From: Klebsormidium nitens
Lineage: Eukaryota > Plantae > Klebsormidiophyceae
Length of the DNA stretch: 64,000 nucleotides
Assembly (NCBI GenBank): GCA_000708835.1
Contig: DF237339.1
Coordinates: 1-64,000 of the forward strand
Direction: 5' to 3'
Shown: positions 22,101-35,124 of the stretch, piece after piece
Layout: each line of letters opens with the position of its first letter
Numbering within the stretch: the stretch's first letter is position 1
Notes under the pieces: generated by a model
The model's database searches: none
Told to the model about the DNA's origin: nothing
What the model saw: only the letters and a program-made list of their open reading frames with translations
Made by a program: the position numbers and the translations under genes

Positions 22101-25100
22101 CCGGCGAGATGGGTATGTTCTATTGCCGGCGTCGGCTTGCTGATCTTGTTTCTGGCTTTGAGCATTCGACCGTTGGACCTTTCTTCATTTGGATCATCTC
22201 CCGCTACAGTTGCATGGAGGCACCTTGAGTCGTTGATAAAATCTGCGTACAACATCCGTAACATCAAGCAGTTCTGATAAGCTTAAAGACGTATTTCGTT
22301 CTGTACTCGGTCACTTCTCGACGGGCGGGAGTCACTCATAGGCGAGAGCCAACGATTGGTTTAGCGCATGCTTGATCAACAGAAAACCTTAACCTGCATT
22401 GTATTGTAAAGATGGAAAGGATGTTCTTCAAGATGCGACTCTGTCCCTCGTGGGGACGTTCCTCGAAACGCAAGCCGTCATCAAACGCGCATGCTTTCAG
22501 ATCCCGCCTCAAACTAGGGACCCTACATGTCTTCTCAGGTGCAACGTGCGGCGGTCGCCTTCATCGCCACGGTTGCCGCCAGCCTGCCCCCCGCCGATGT
22601 CCACGCATTCCTGGCACCGACAATTGCGCCGTCCCTCAAGAAGGAGCCCCTCAGTCTCTCCAGCGAACCCGCCCTTCTGGCCGCCCTCAAAACGCCCTTG
22701 CCCCGGGCACTTTTCGACATGGCCCTTAGTAACGCCATGCTGTCTGCGTCCCAAGCCTTTGGAACCACCCGGGGGATCTCCCCGGGAGGTGGACGCAGGC
22801 CGGACGCCCGGTTTCCGGCCGCTCGGGAGAGTGGTCCGGCCAGGCGGAACCCGCCGAGGCCGGAATATCCCACCGGCGGAATGCGTAGGAATCCTGGAAA
22901 GGCCCTGTCGGACGACAGGTTGCAGTCTGGCGCGGAGGCGCCAACGTCCGGAAGAGGGCCTTCTGATGGAAAAGCGGGCGGAGGGGATTCGAGCAGCGCC
23001 CACGTGATCGAGCAGTGGCAGGCCGTGCGGAACCAGGAAGGGGGGGGTCCGGAGCCGGGCGTTTCCGGGGGGGGGATCGACGAAGATAACCAGAAGCTGC
23101 GGTTCATGGAAGGGTACATTAAGAACTCGTCGAGCATCATGCAGCAGCGAATGAGAAACTGGGAGAGCGAGAATCAGGAGAAATTGCAAGGGGGCGAGGG
23201 GCGCGGAGGTGGCGGGGAAAGCGAGGGCGGGTTTGGGGCTGCAAACGGGGGCCTGGAGGCGCAAGCGGGGATTCCGGTGTACAGCGTTCCGCTCCTCGAC
23301 CGGCGGCCGGGGTCTCGGTCGAGCTCGCCCCCTCCGGCCGACCCGCAGGTCAGTGCTGCTCTGCCCTAACGGTCATCATCCGAGTGTCTTCTTCATATCT
23401 AGCCCGTTCTATGTTGTTGCCTTCTACTTGACTTGTTGGAACATACCTGGCTTTCTTGGGACCAGGATCAAGTTTTACCTTTTGAAGATTTGCCGCTCAG
23501 GATACGGATGCGGCAATAGTTGGGGCATACGGTCATAGTAACGAGCTCTGCTGGTTAGCATTTCCGACCGGTTCTTTTCTGTCAGCAACCCTTTCAAGCT
23601 TCGGTTTAGATCGTTTCTATGCATTTTCAAGTTCTACTTCTCGTCTCCTAGGAGCCCCGCACATTTCCTTTGCCATCAGTCTCTGGCTGCCTTTGACAGC
23701 CCCTGCTTGCTCCCCAAGAAACCGCAAAGCCCTAAAACAACCCCTTAAGCTCTAAAAGAAGCCCTTAAACAAGTCGTAAACCCGCCCTCTCGCACTTTCC
23801 CCAGGGTCCTCGCACCGTCCCCGTGAACGCCGACTGGGGCCTCGTCTTTGGCGTCCGGGGCAGTTCCCCGACCGCCTCCATCGCACACTACCACAAAAAC
23901 CCGCAGACCCCGAACTTTCCCCCAAACAGCGATGCTAGCTGGGCTTCGATGGCGACCGCGCACTCGTCGATGCGCGCCTCGCAACACCTGCAGCGGTCAG
24001 CGATCGTGGCGGGACAGGCGCCGCCGTTTGGGGGTGTGCCGCATCCAGGGTACGGAGAGGGGGGGTAAGCGCTCTGCTCTTTCTTTGGGAGTCTTCTTCG
24101 TCAGTAGTGGATTCGTTGCGGTCCGTCCAGAAATGCTGCTTATTCGATGAGCAGATGCTCTTGATTTTGTTTGCAGAAATTCGCTTTGTAGACGTTGAAG
24201 AGTCTGCATGACGTTCCTAGGATCCCTTATAATTCGCTGCTATGGCACTCTTTTGCAAGGGACCGTTAGGTGCTTTTAGAGCCTCCCCTCTCTTTTACTT
24301 CGCGCAATTGTTACTTGTGATGGTCCCTTCTTAAGATTCGAAGCACAATGTAATCTTGAAGCTTATGCAGGGTGAACCCTCACCGACGTCCTGGTATGTA
24401 GAGGCGTATAGAGAAAAGGGAAGTAGAAAAGAACAGAAGAGGTAGGAAAGAGGGTCTACAACTGATTAGTTTGAGGAGCGCGTTCAATTCTCTGACGACC
24501 TAGCCATTGCTCCGCCTTCAAGTTTACTATGTCAATTCCAAGCCCTAGACCGAAACACAGACTTCGAACCCCATGCCTGACACTAAACCTCAACGCTGTT
24601 TCCCTTTTTCCCAGGCCCGTTCAGACCGCCCGCGCTCCACCTTTCCCCTCCCCCGACCAGCCGTCAAAAATTGCCCCCCCGGCCACCAAACCCGACGCTG
24701 ATAGTTCCGACCCGCTGTCTTCCCTCCTCGACTTCTCCCAGCCGTCCGATGGCGCCACGTGGCGCCCCAAGGGCGTCCTGATTTCACATCTGCAGGAGCA
24801 CACAAAGGCGATCAATCAATTGGCGGTCGCCCGAGATAACGTTTTCTTTGCGAGCGGGTCGGATGACGGGACCGTTCGCATCTGGGACTGTCGGAGGCTG
24901 GAGCGTGACGTGTCATTCCGGAGTAAGCTGACGTATGATACGGGTGGGGGGAGAGTTACTGGGGTGGAGATGCTGGACGGGTATGACGTGGCGGCGGCAA
25001 CAAGCGGGGGCAGCATCCACGTGGCAAGGTGAGCCGGTCGGAAGGATTATGACGTCAGTGTCCCGAGCAGAAGGCTTGTCCTCGCAATATTTTGCTTCAA

Positions 25101-27271
25101 AGTTGCTGATGTTGTCGAACATAGAAGTATGAACGATGAAAAGTTTTGCCTTCTTGACGAAGCGAGGCGCAAGCTGGTTAGTTCTCGCCGAATGGGCTAA
25201 TCTCTCGTGCTTAAATATGCAGTGTAATACCCACTTGATAGTCACTACACGAGATGACTTTTGGATAGTCACCTGCGCACTCTATTCATGAAAGCTATTG
25301 CATGTTGCATTTTGAACCCCCATTGTTCGTGTTTCGTACTCACCGTCCAGCTCTCGCTTTCTACCCCAGAGTCGACTACATGCCCAAGCGCCCCGGCACC
25401 GAGCGCGAGCGCGCCACGTACGCAGGCTTCGCGGACGTCCGAAAGGTCTCTCCCGACGAGGGGTCCGTCATCTCACTCCACCGCTTCGACCCAGAAAACG
25501 GAACCGGCGACCCCGCACGTCTAGTTTTCAGCACGCAGCGGGGGGGCATTCACCTGTGGGACTTGCGAGTGGGTAAGGCGGCGTGGGTGATGAGAGGGGA
25601 CGCGAAGCACGGACTGCTCACGGCAACGGCCCTGGACGAGACACGTGGCCAGTGGATGGTCAGCGCGACAGCCCGCGGAGTGCTCACGGTGAGTTGCCGC
25701 GACTTGGGTGAGACTTAGCAAAGCAGTCGCTTTCAATGCTTTCGTTTGACCCAGGTTTTGCGATGACGCTGGTTGACACCTCGCAAGAGGCGAAGGTGTG
25801 CCCCTTCATCCTTCATCCTGCCCGTGACAATATACTTGTTCTTGCGTGACGTTTTCGCGTACAAAATTCGACTCTCCTTTCAGTGGCGGAAGACGCACTT
25901 TTGCTATCCCTGTTTCCACTTCTAAGCTTCTCAAAATTCCATCCCAACATCACAGCGTCGTCATTCGTCTGCTGACGTCATCCCCCTAGCGTCACCTGCT
26001 GACGTCATCCCGTGCGCTTCCCTACAGTTATGGGACCTCCGCTTCCAAATCCCGGTGCACTCGTGGCAGCATCCGCTGGCGTGCCCCATCGAAGCCCTCG
26101 CCCCAGTCCTCCCCGGGTTTGCTCCCCAAATCCTAAACCCCGACGAAACCCAAACCCGCCCAAACCCCTCCGTGCGCCCACTTATATACGTCGCCGCCGG
26201 CCAGAACGAAGTCTCGCTGTGGAACGCGGAGGACAAGTCGTGCTGCCACGTGTTCAGGGTGCCCCAGGAGGGACACGTGTCGGCACCTCCTGCGGCGCTG
26301 GCCGCCCCCCAAGGGAATCTGAAGCTTCCGGGGGGTAACAGGAGGGCAGCCGTGCAGCCCCCCCGGCCGATGAGTGTGGCGTCGCTTTTCTGCGTGGAGG
26401 AGCTACGGGTGCCTCCGCTAAGGTGAGACTTGGAATGTCTTGCGATTTTCAAGGTTGACGTCATGCGTGGGCTTCTGAGAATACGCAATATTGCTCTCGG
26501 GGCTTGGACGGTCCAAGCTCCGGGAGGCTCGTGGACTTGGCGTACAAGCTGGACGCGCTTGCAGGATTCAATGACTTTGCTGATCACATCTTTGATGCAC
26601 AGCCAATCATTCCCAAATTACCGTGGAAGGTTCCGCTACACGAGATACTAAGTCGTACAAACGAGAAACCGTTGCCACTCGGGTTAAGGCCGTATCATCC
26701 ATCAGGCCAGATCTCGAACATCCTCGAGGGGTTGCACGAATGCAGCTACATCCTTGCATCATCTCTGCTCGCAACCTTTTTCCAGAGCAAACCGTCGACT
26801 GTGATTTTCATTCTTACCAAAAACGGGCTTTTCTGATGCAGGTTACCTGGCGCGCGCGCGCTGCTCCCTCTGTTTGGCGGCTCGGCCCTTCTCACTGCCG
26901 GCACCGACTGCCGCATCCGTCACTGGGACCGCATCCACGCCGACGGAAACTTCATCGTTGCGGGACCAACTCTCCGATCGAACGGTCAGCAGCTGCCGCA
27001 GCCCCGGGTCGAGACACGTGTCATCTCAGGCGTCCGAGTCACGCAAGAGCTGCCGCAGCCAGTGGAAGAAAAAAGTGCGGCGGCCGGGTCCCCAGAAGCT
27101 GCGCCCAGCGGTAAAACAAGTGGGCAGAACCCGAACGTTCTGACGGCTGCCGCCGTAGCGGACAGTGCGGGGTGTCATAGGGACGCCATTTTGGCGCTGG
27201 CTGGGGCGCAAACCAGCCAGAAGATTCTTATCTCTGCCAGCAGGGACGGCGTGATCAAGGTATGGAAGTAA
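16137..27271 (+). CDS. VPS15: VPS15/PIK3R4 regulatory subunit of class III PI3K (kinase-like, HEAT, WD40) with an inserted DysF domain; about 12 exons
   Basis: N-myristoylation-type start MGNQLARTT. Kinase-like region with [14 protein letters not shown] and [41 protein letters not shown] repeats ([28 protein letters not shown]). WD40 region ([24 protein letters not shown]) and C-terminus [10 protein letters not shown]. Exons read directly include 16137-16328, 17189-17398 and 17778-17972, plus exons starting at 20589 and 26028. Confidence 0.95.
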
Positions 27272-28727
27272 GCAAGACGGGTGACAGGTTTATTATATGC
27301 ACGGCGATACTTTCACATGTACAAAATATGAACACGAGTCGCTCTGCATTCGTACGTTGACAGGGCAAGAATGTTGTGGCAAGGTTTTGTCTCTTGCCGC
27401 CTTGCTCTTTGTCCTTCGAAGGTCCAAGATTCTCGTGAATGTCGGCTAATCATGTTATTGTAGTTCAAGAAAGCATTTATCGTTGCACGTACGTCATCTA
27501 TAATCTATTTGCTGGCTGCCGGCATGCATGTATAAAACGTGTCCATACAGAATCCTCGAAAGGCTATGAAAGGCGTCTCATGTCTACTGCGGCTCAAGCT
27601 TGATTGCATTCAATGTGTCTGCCTGCATGGTCGACATGCTAATTGAATAACACCAAGCCGCCAGCTATAGCATGACCCCCTCGTGCATGGCGCTCCAGGT
27701 CTTCAGCTCGCCCCCATGTCAAGTTTATTTGCTATATCTAGAGCATCGTCAACTTCTGCGCCGGCAATTTATCATGCGTTCCATGGCGTGTTATACCATG
27801 CCGCCATGGTGCGCTCATGCAGACGGTGCGCCGCATGCAGCCACGCGGCGGGCAGTCCGCCCCTGGGCGGAGATCATGTAAGGCGTGCCAGCACTTGTTA
27901 TATACGGCCGGCGCATGGCCATGCGCGTATGATTCTAATGCACAAGAAAGATGCACTTTCATGTTATATACTACCATATGGATGGCAATGATGCCGGCGA
28001 CCGGACTGCGCCGCAGCTGCATAATCCAATCTAATTAAGTGCCAACATACTTATACCTGCGCTGTACGTATCCATGCATATTGCGGCTGGCCCTGATGGA
28101 AGCTCGCATTGGATGCACTGCATGGCTAGTGGCGAAATTCCATTAAGCATCGTATGGCTTGACTCGAGAATCGAGAACGGGAAGTAACAGTAACAATATC
28201 TCAAACTCAAACGACATCTCATCAGGTATTTGGTTAGCCTACGCAGCACTTTCATCGGTAAATAAAGTGTTCAACTGTAGCCCAAATCTGAGCTCTGCTA
28301 AACTCTACAGACTGCTAGCTCTTGCCTCTAGCTTCCGAGCCCACTAATCGAACCAGCAGTTCCACTATCGTGTAGACCTCCCAGTTGGGACAGGTTCCGT
28401 CCAAATCGACCCCTGTCGTTTCCATCTCTGAGCCTGCCAGATTTAGTGCTGTCTTACTTCCGAAGGCCACGACAGCCCATACTACGAACTGAACCGTGTA
28501 GAGATACCTTGATATCATCTGCTGAAGACACGACCTGTACAGAAACCTCTACTCGATAGCCAAACTATCACCTACAAGTGCCGAGCTTAGCATCTACAAG
28601 AGGCGACCGCTGCTCGCTCCGGAACTATCTACACGTTGTCCACCCTTCCTACTGCCGTCACTCCTAGCTTATTCTTCAGCACCCGGCTAGACTAGCTCTA
28701 CTCATCTTCATCACCATACACTTCCGT

Positions 28728-31700
28728 TTACCGCATACTCGACCCAAAGTGATCATTCACCCGCGCGCTCAACCCCCCGATCTGCGTCCGCAGCCCCTCG
28801 TACCGCGGCTCATTCTTCAGCTCCCGCATAAATGACCGCACTCGCCCGACCTTTGCTCCCGACTGGACGTCCCTCCAGCCCCGGTCTCTCCGCCACCCCT
28901 CGGGGACCATTTCCCGCCCCCTCTCCCGGGCTTTGAACAGCGCCTGGGCCGCAAAACCGACCATGCTCTGCGGAACCTGCTCCGCGCCCAGAAGACTCGC
29001 CGCCAGCGCGCGGCTGCTCGCGCTCTCCTCGTCAAGCGCCGTCCACCCCGCGTACGAGTCCACCGGCTCCTCTGAGCTTCCGTTTCCGTTTCCGCTTCCG
29101 TTTCCATTTCCGGCCCGTTCCGGCACCGCCTTCGCCCGTTTACCAAACACGGTCTCGGCGTCCTCGAACCGGTACACGGGAGGCCCTGTCTCCGCACCGG
29201 AAGCAGCTCTCTCCTGCTGCAGCACCCGCAGTTCCTCCGCGCGCCTGTCCCGCAACAAGGCCTTCTGCAGCTTCACCAGGTTCGTGTCTTCGTCCCAGTC
29301 CACGATATCAACTAGATCGGGGCCAATCGCCTCCAACTCCGAGCGGATCGCAGCGCTCTCGGCAGCCGTTGCTTCCAGCTGTGCTTTCAGCGCAACTAGA
29401 ACGACGCCCACCCGTGCGGCAATTGCATCGTAAAGCTGGGTCTGCGAGGCGCCGGCGTCGGCGGCAGCGGCGATGAGGTCATCAACCGGGATGGGGTCTC
29501 CGACCAGGACCGCAATCTGCAGAGAAAGAGAACGGATGTTTGAGTTCGCTCCCAGCTGTCTACATAACAATTTGAGAAGCTGTGGTGACGAAATTCGATT
29601 CAGACAAGGACAACATCGTACTCTCCTACAAGACCTTGTACCGCCTCGACAAGGACAATTTCGCGCCCTTTCTCCATATCGAGAAGCTACCAGATTGAAG
29701 CACCCCTACACAAGACGTAGATTGACGGAATGAGAAAAGTGAGATAGAACCACCCCTACACAAGACGTAGATTGACGGAATGAGAAAAGTGAGATAGAAC
29801 CACCCCTACACAAGACGCAGATTGACGGAAAAAGAGACAAGGAAGCGAGACAGAAACGCTCCACAACCGTCCTTTTTCCAACACTTACAGGTTGGAAGCA
29901 TACCCCACATTCCTCCACGCTTCAAAAGCTACACGTCCCTCACACATGTAACCAAGCAGAACGGTGACATGCCCTGCAAAAAGATATCCACTCACGTTGT
30001 TGCCTCCCGAGATCATCTTGGCCCCCCGAGGGATCACCCCGGCCATCCCGAGGTGCACAAACGGCAGCACAACCGGGGGCTCCCGGGCCTCTGCTACCAG
30101 CCTCCCCACCCCCCTCTTGATCGGCTGGATGGTCTTCCCCCCATCCCGAGAGCGACTGCCCTCCGGAAAAAGGTGGACCCATTCGCCCCGGTCAAGTTTG
30201 GCGAGGGCGCTCTCCATTCCCTGGATATACAAATTGCTGTCAAATTCCAGCGTTAACTCGAGTTTTAGCTGCCCTATTTCCAAAAATATTGCAACTGTGC
30301 AAAAGTGAATTACCTTGCTACTGAGATGAAGACTGGAATGCAGACGCTCCGCAAGCATACTCGAAGTTCAAGCTAGATAGAATACCAGCGATGTTCAGGG
30401 ACATAGTACAGAATCCACTTTAAAATCCTCTCAAAGCCTCAACACTTTGAACAACTTTACACCTGTGTCAAGGAGTGCAACATCCCGCACTTGCTCACCT
30501 TCTGCTCAAGGCCCGCCCCCCGCTCCACCGGGAGCACCTTCACCGCCCGGAAGAACGCCGACATGGCGGGGTTCTTGAAGCAACGATCGGATGCACACAA
30601 CGTCCATCGCATGGGGTGCGCATCTAGGATGAGGCGCTGCGGAACGACGGCTGCGAGAACTAGAGGGTCGTCCATTGCTGCCACGTGGTTGCAAACAGTG
30701 ACTAGTGCGGTTCCGGGGGGGCGTTCGCGGATGGCCTGTGCCAGCGTCTCTGCGCCGTAGATCTGTGGCGGGAAAGGGTAGAAGAAAATGAGCCGGATTG
30801 TGGGGCAAGCCGGGTCAGGAGAAGCCTTTGAGATCTCATTTGAATCGGAAAGAGTTCAACTCAGGGCCTAGCAATGGCCTAAAGTGCTTCCCTAGGCTGG
30901 GATGCTCACTTCCGAAGTATCTTGACCAGGCAGCAATTTGACAGGCAAATTCTGAAGGCAATGTAGAAGCGGCACCGCATCAGAACTCAAGCTGAGCAAA
31001 GCATCACGTCTTGACATTACGGTGATCGGACTATACATGATCGAGCTGCCAACAGCTGGCACCGCCAGCCTGCACTGTGACATGCCAGCATAGCATAATC
31101 CACTTGTAGGCTCAATTCTGTTTGCATATGCAATCTAAAACATCCCCAGTCTCAACGGTGATGTCACCTCAATTTGATTTCCCAACCTCAAGATGATGTT
31201 GCTTCAACTTCCAAAATGCAACCAAAACCTGTACGCTTGGAACCATCATGAGACTCTGAGCCAAAAAGTGCTAACACCTCCATTGAAGCCCCCATGAAAG
31301 CAAAAAACCTCACCTCTGTGTTGTTGAACCCCAGCATGAACGCCTTGCTCAGAGTCGCCATGGTCGGAAGGACCACAGCCTGCAGGGCCTTCTGAACAAG
31401 CGAGGCATCCCCTTCCAGTTCTTCAATCTTCTGCCGCTTCTCCAAGACGCTACCTGTTGCTACATGCGGCAAGAAGTTGAGGTTGAGGTCACATCTAGGG
31501 CCTGACTAATGTAGAAGGGATATCAAGGTAAAGCCTGCTTTCAAACAGATTGTGTCCTTTGAGATCACTGATACAGACTGGCCACCTTCTTGCTTTTCTA
31601 AAGGACAAGGCTTGCTGGAAAAAGCAATGAGCTTGACAGATTGACATGGACCCATTGATTCTGAGACCTTTGAGAGGCAGCTGCAAATCAAATGACAGCA

Positions 31701-32385
31701 AGAAAGGCAACTCCTTTGATAGCAACTCCTTTGATACTTCTAATGATGCGCTAGTGGCACCATATGAAGCGCCTGAGCTAACAGGAGTCCAGATCCCTAG
31801 GAAGCTGATTCATGACCGACGTCTTAAAAAAGCTTATTCACCAGCTCCTGTACTGTCAAGGATGCAGAACCAAGAAGTACCATTACCTGGTAGCAAGTCT
31901 TTCTTCTCATTATCGTCCGCTTTTCCCTGGACACCACGCCTGATTGCCTCATACACCTCCAATACCTTCCCAGACACAGTCTCATCCACTTGCAGAGCTT
32001 CCGCATGAGCTGGCTCCTGAAGGGCCACACTCCCCCCTGCCGCTGCAACCGCAACTGCTAATGCCTTCCCCGCTTTCCTCCCCCCCTCTGAAGACCCCGC
32101 CGGCGCAGAATACCCCGCTCCAGAAAACTTCAACCAGGTAGACTGGGCCATTCTAGCAATCACGAGGTTGCCCTTGAACACCCGAGCTGCCACCAGCCCC
32201 GTTGCAACTGATGCGGCGTTTTTGGACGCTCTTTTGGGATCTGCTTTTCTCATCGATGCTCGGAAGCGGTCTCTGACACTGGTGCGGAATGTTTCTCTCA
32301 CACGGCCCGTCATCTCATGGAAGCTCTGGGTGTAGCGGTCTTTGGCAGAGCTTAAAGCCGGAAGGCCCCTGTCTTCGGTGCCCAT
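28728..32385 (-). CDS. TAZ: Tafazzin-family phospholipid/glycerol acyltransferase (plant-type, long N- and C-terminal extensions), 5 exons
   Basis: Exons 31887-32385, 31314-31453, 30499-30762, 29996-30220, 28728-29516 in frame. Motifs VTVCNHVAAMDDP (HxxxxD), RWTLCASDRCFKNP, WVHLFPEGSRS, RGVGRL, VLPFVHLGM, VLVGDPI. Confidence 0.92.
29701..29830. repeat. 50-bp tandem repeat, 2.6 copies, in tafazzin intron 4
   Basis: cacccctacacaagacgtagattgacggaatgagaaaagtgagatagaac is exact at 29701 and 29751, with a partial copy at 29801. Confidence 0.95.
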
Positions 32386-33141
32386 GATGACCTCAAACGC
32401 TGATGGCCCTAGTACCTGATTTCACCGCATGCTGATTCCCTTTCTTGTCACCACCCCATCTTACAGCGGTTGACGTGGATACGAGCAAGCTGAAGAGCTG
32501 CCTGGAAAGGGAGAGAGAAGGAAGAAGGCAATGTTGTCAATGTTGTGGAAAGTTCTCTGTTCAGACTCAGACTCGGAGGCTGACTCAAAGAAGTTGAGCA
32601 CTAGGTCCAGGAGTGTTGATCATTGATCAAGTGCGTGGAAGCTGATAACGGTGAAGCAGCTCCAAGGGCGACGCATCTGTACAGCTCCAGACTTGAGTGT
32701 CGCTGGAGTCCACGTGGATTCTGGATCTGACGTGGATCTTGGCGACATTTGTCTGAAGAGCGCCCTGCTGTTGTCGCCTATTGGCAAGCCTTCGAGAAGG
32801 TGTCGTACCATTACCGGGCTGCCAGCCGGCGAGACTTGCTAGGGTTCCGGCTCTGCTTTCGCATTCATGAGCATTGAGCTCCGGTTGTCGATGTGAGCAC
32901 CCTAGTGACAATGACATCAATGTCAGGATGAGCAGCTGAAACTTCTACTAGTTCTAGTATCCTAGTAGAAGTGATAGCCGGCATGCATTCAACTTCTGCC
33001 ACTGGGGAGGTCTCTTCCATTGAAAACGTTTACCCGGTCGCAGAGCAAGAGGCGGTAGGTCCAGGTTGTTTCTTCGCAAGTGCACCATAGAGCTTCGTTG
33101 TGGCTGTCTTATCGCTAGAACGCAATCACCGACGCGCAAAC

Positions 33142-33865
33142 ATGAACCCAACACCCGTGTGGCTCTCGCAAAGCGCGGCAGCAATTTGGGCCTGGTTCGA
33201 GTCCAATGGGTTCTATGTCTTGGCCCTCTTACTCGCAATTGCAATTCTGTACCCGCGATTGAAACGCAGGGTCGAAGTTGCACGGTCAAAAGCAACAGAT
33301 TATGGTGAGTTGAATGTTAACAGGACGTCACTCCTGAATCTTTCTGGCAGGAAAGTGAAGGATACGAGGTCTTTGAAGCAGGTTTGACGATATGATGAAC
33401 TTTCTCTTTTTCATGTCCAGTTTGTTTCTTCTTGAAGTTGAAAGCTGACCTTAGTGTGCTTCAGCAGGGGCCAACATCCACATTCGTGTCATTCCCTGCG
33501 ACTGTCCTTCACATTGGACATTCTTGCTTGTGCTGGAAAATGCCCCCCTTCCGACATATCCAGGGCTACTTTGAGCGGTGTTTTAATCTCGTTGCTCTCC
33601 TTGTCTCGAATCTCCGTCTTGATGTTGCTTTGCTCCTCTGTGTCCAGCCGCAGAGAAGGTCCAAGAATTCGAAGAGCATCGGCGTGCGCGGATCAAGAAG
33701 CAACAAGAAGATCTGGACAGGGCCAAAGCAGAGCACTTACAAAGGAGGAAATTGGAAGCAGAAAGAGAGCGGGAGCAGCGGCTAGCCGAAATTAAGCAGA
33801 AAGCGAGAAGGTTGGGCGTGGATCCATCCTTTCTGGGGAAAGGAGAGCGGCTCGATGGCTCGTGA
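33142..33865 (+). CDS. Selenoprotein S/VIMP-like single-pass membrane protein with coiled coil and C-terminal SHP box, 2 exons, 124 aa
   Basis: Exons 33142-33304 and 33654-33865 (phase 1, gtgagt...ccgcag): MNPTPVWLSQSAAAIWAWFESNGFYVLALLLAIAILYPRLKRR...EKVQEFEEHRRARIKKQQEDLDRAKAEHLQRRKLEAEREREQRLAEIKQKARRLGVDPSFLGKGERLDGS*. TM plus charged-helix layout resembles recalled SELENOS. The gene model is solid; the family call is less so. Confidence 0.65.
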
Positions 33866-35124
33866 CGCACTTCTATGGAGTTTTTCTCTCACATAGACAC
33901 GGGGGTCGGGATTATCACAGCGTATGGGTCATCGGTGGAGGGGTGAGCAGACCACTTCTCCTGTGAGATATGTTTGCCTGTCTTGTTGGGCTGACAAAGA
34001 AGACGCTCGTTTCTCAGAACCATGTTCGTTCCTTTGTTTGCTAACAAGATGCGTCTCGAAGTTGCAGATTTTGGCAGTGTCTTTCATACAACATTTGTGC
34101 ATGGAATTGGAGATTACCTTTTTGAAAGGCACAGCCATCGTTTGACCAACATGACCATTGTTTAGTCATTGTTCGGATCAAAATGCAAAACCTGAAAGTT
34201 AATTTCCTTGTTGCAGGCACAGCTGAGAAAGCGACTGTTTGGGTTGCCAATAAGAGCTTCCGGTGGAAAGTTCTTTCAGTCTTTCCATGCATAAGTATAA
34301 CGTTCTAAGACCCACAAAGAGTTTGTACAACGAGTCAATTAGAATTGAAGACATTTGTCATAAGGTATGTACGAGTCGACTTTGGTATTTAAAAACTAGT
34401 TTGATCTTTCGATGGGCGCGGTGTCGGTGATCATTCCGTACTTCCGCCATGCCCAGCATCAAAGTGTTAACCACTGAGAAGTACTGGTGCACAATGTTTT
34501 GCATGTAAGCACTCATGGTAGAAGCATGTGTGCGGTTGCAGCAAAGATGGGTCTCTAGCCGATACGCATGCATCGTTCTTGAGTCGATTGTTATCTGCTG
34601 TTGCCCTACCATGTAATTTGTCCTATTGACAGTCTCTATATATACTTAGGGTTTTTTGTGGGACCTTCCATCATGTGAAAGGTCATGCATGCATGCAAAA
34701 GCAATTTTGCAATCGCACGCCTCCGCCCGGGCGCAAACTATATAGTGTGGCCACCACGAACCTTATAATGATCGGACAACATGAAAAATATATGTTAAAG
34801 CAAGGTACGTGTGATCGCGTCATATGCCTTCGACAGTTCATGGGTGCACAATCCTTAGAAAGTGTGCATGCAAGCCAGCTAGGTCCGACAGATTGCAGGA
34901 CAACCACAGGGACTGCAAGCATATACAACAATCGTCATACGCTGATATTGGCTGCGTCAGGTCAAGCGACATCGATCAAAGTCACGTGTACATAAGAAAC
35001 ACTCATGGCACTGGTTTCGCCTTTGCAACGGCTCATGACTAAGCAGGCCTCGCACTTCATACAACAATGATATTGTAGTATCAAATCGGTCAGAGTCTTC
35101 TGGAGTCCATGAAAAATGTGAAAA

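Noticed and set aside
33863-34400. Selenocysteine recoding of the TGA ending the SelS-like ORF
   Set aside because: No AUGA...AA...GA SECIS-like element found by eye downstream. The read-through peptide lacks a GGUG-type tail, and the SHP box makes a natural terminus. A SECISearch3 hit would reopen this.
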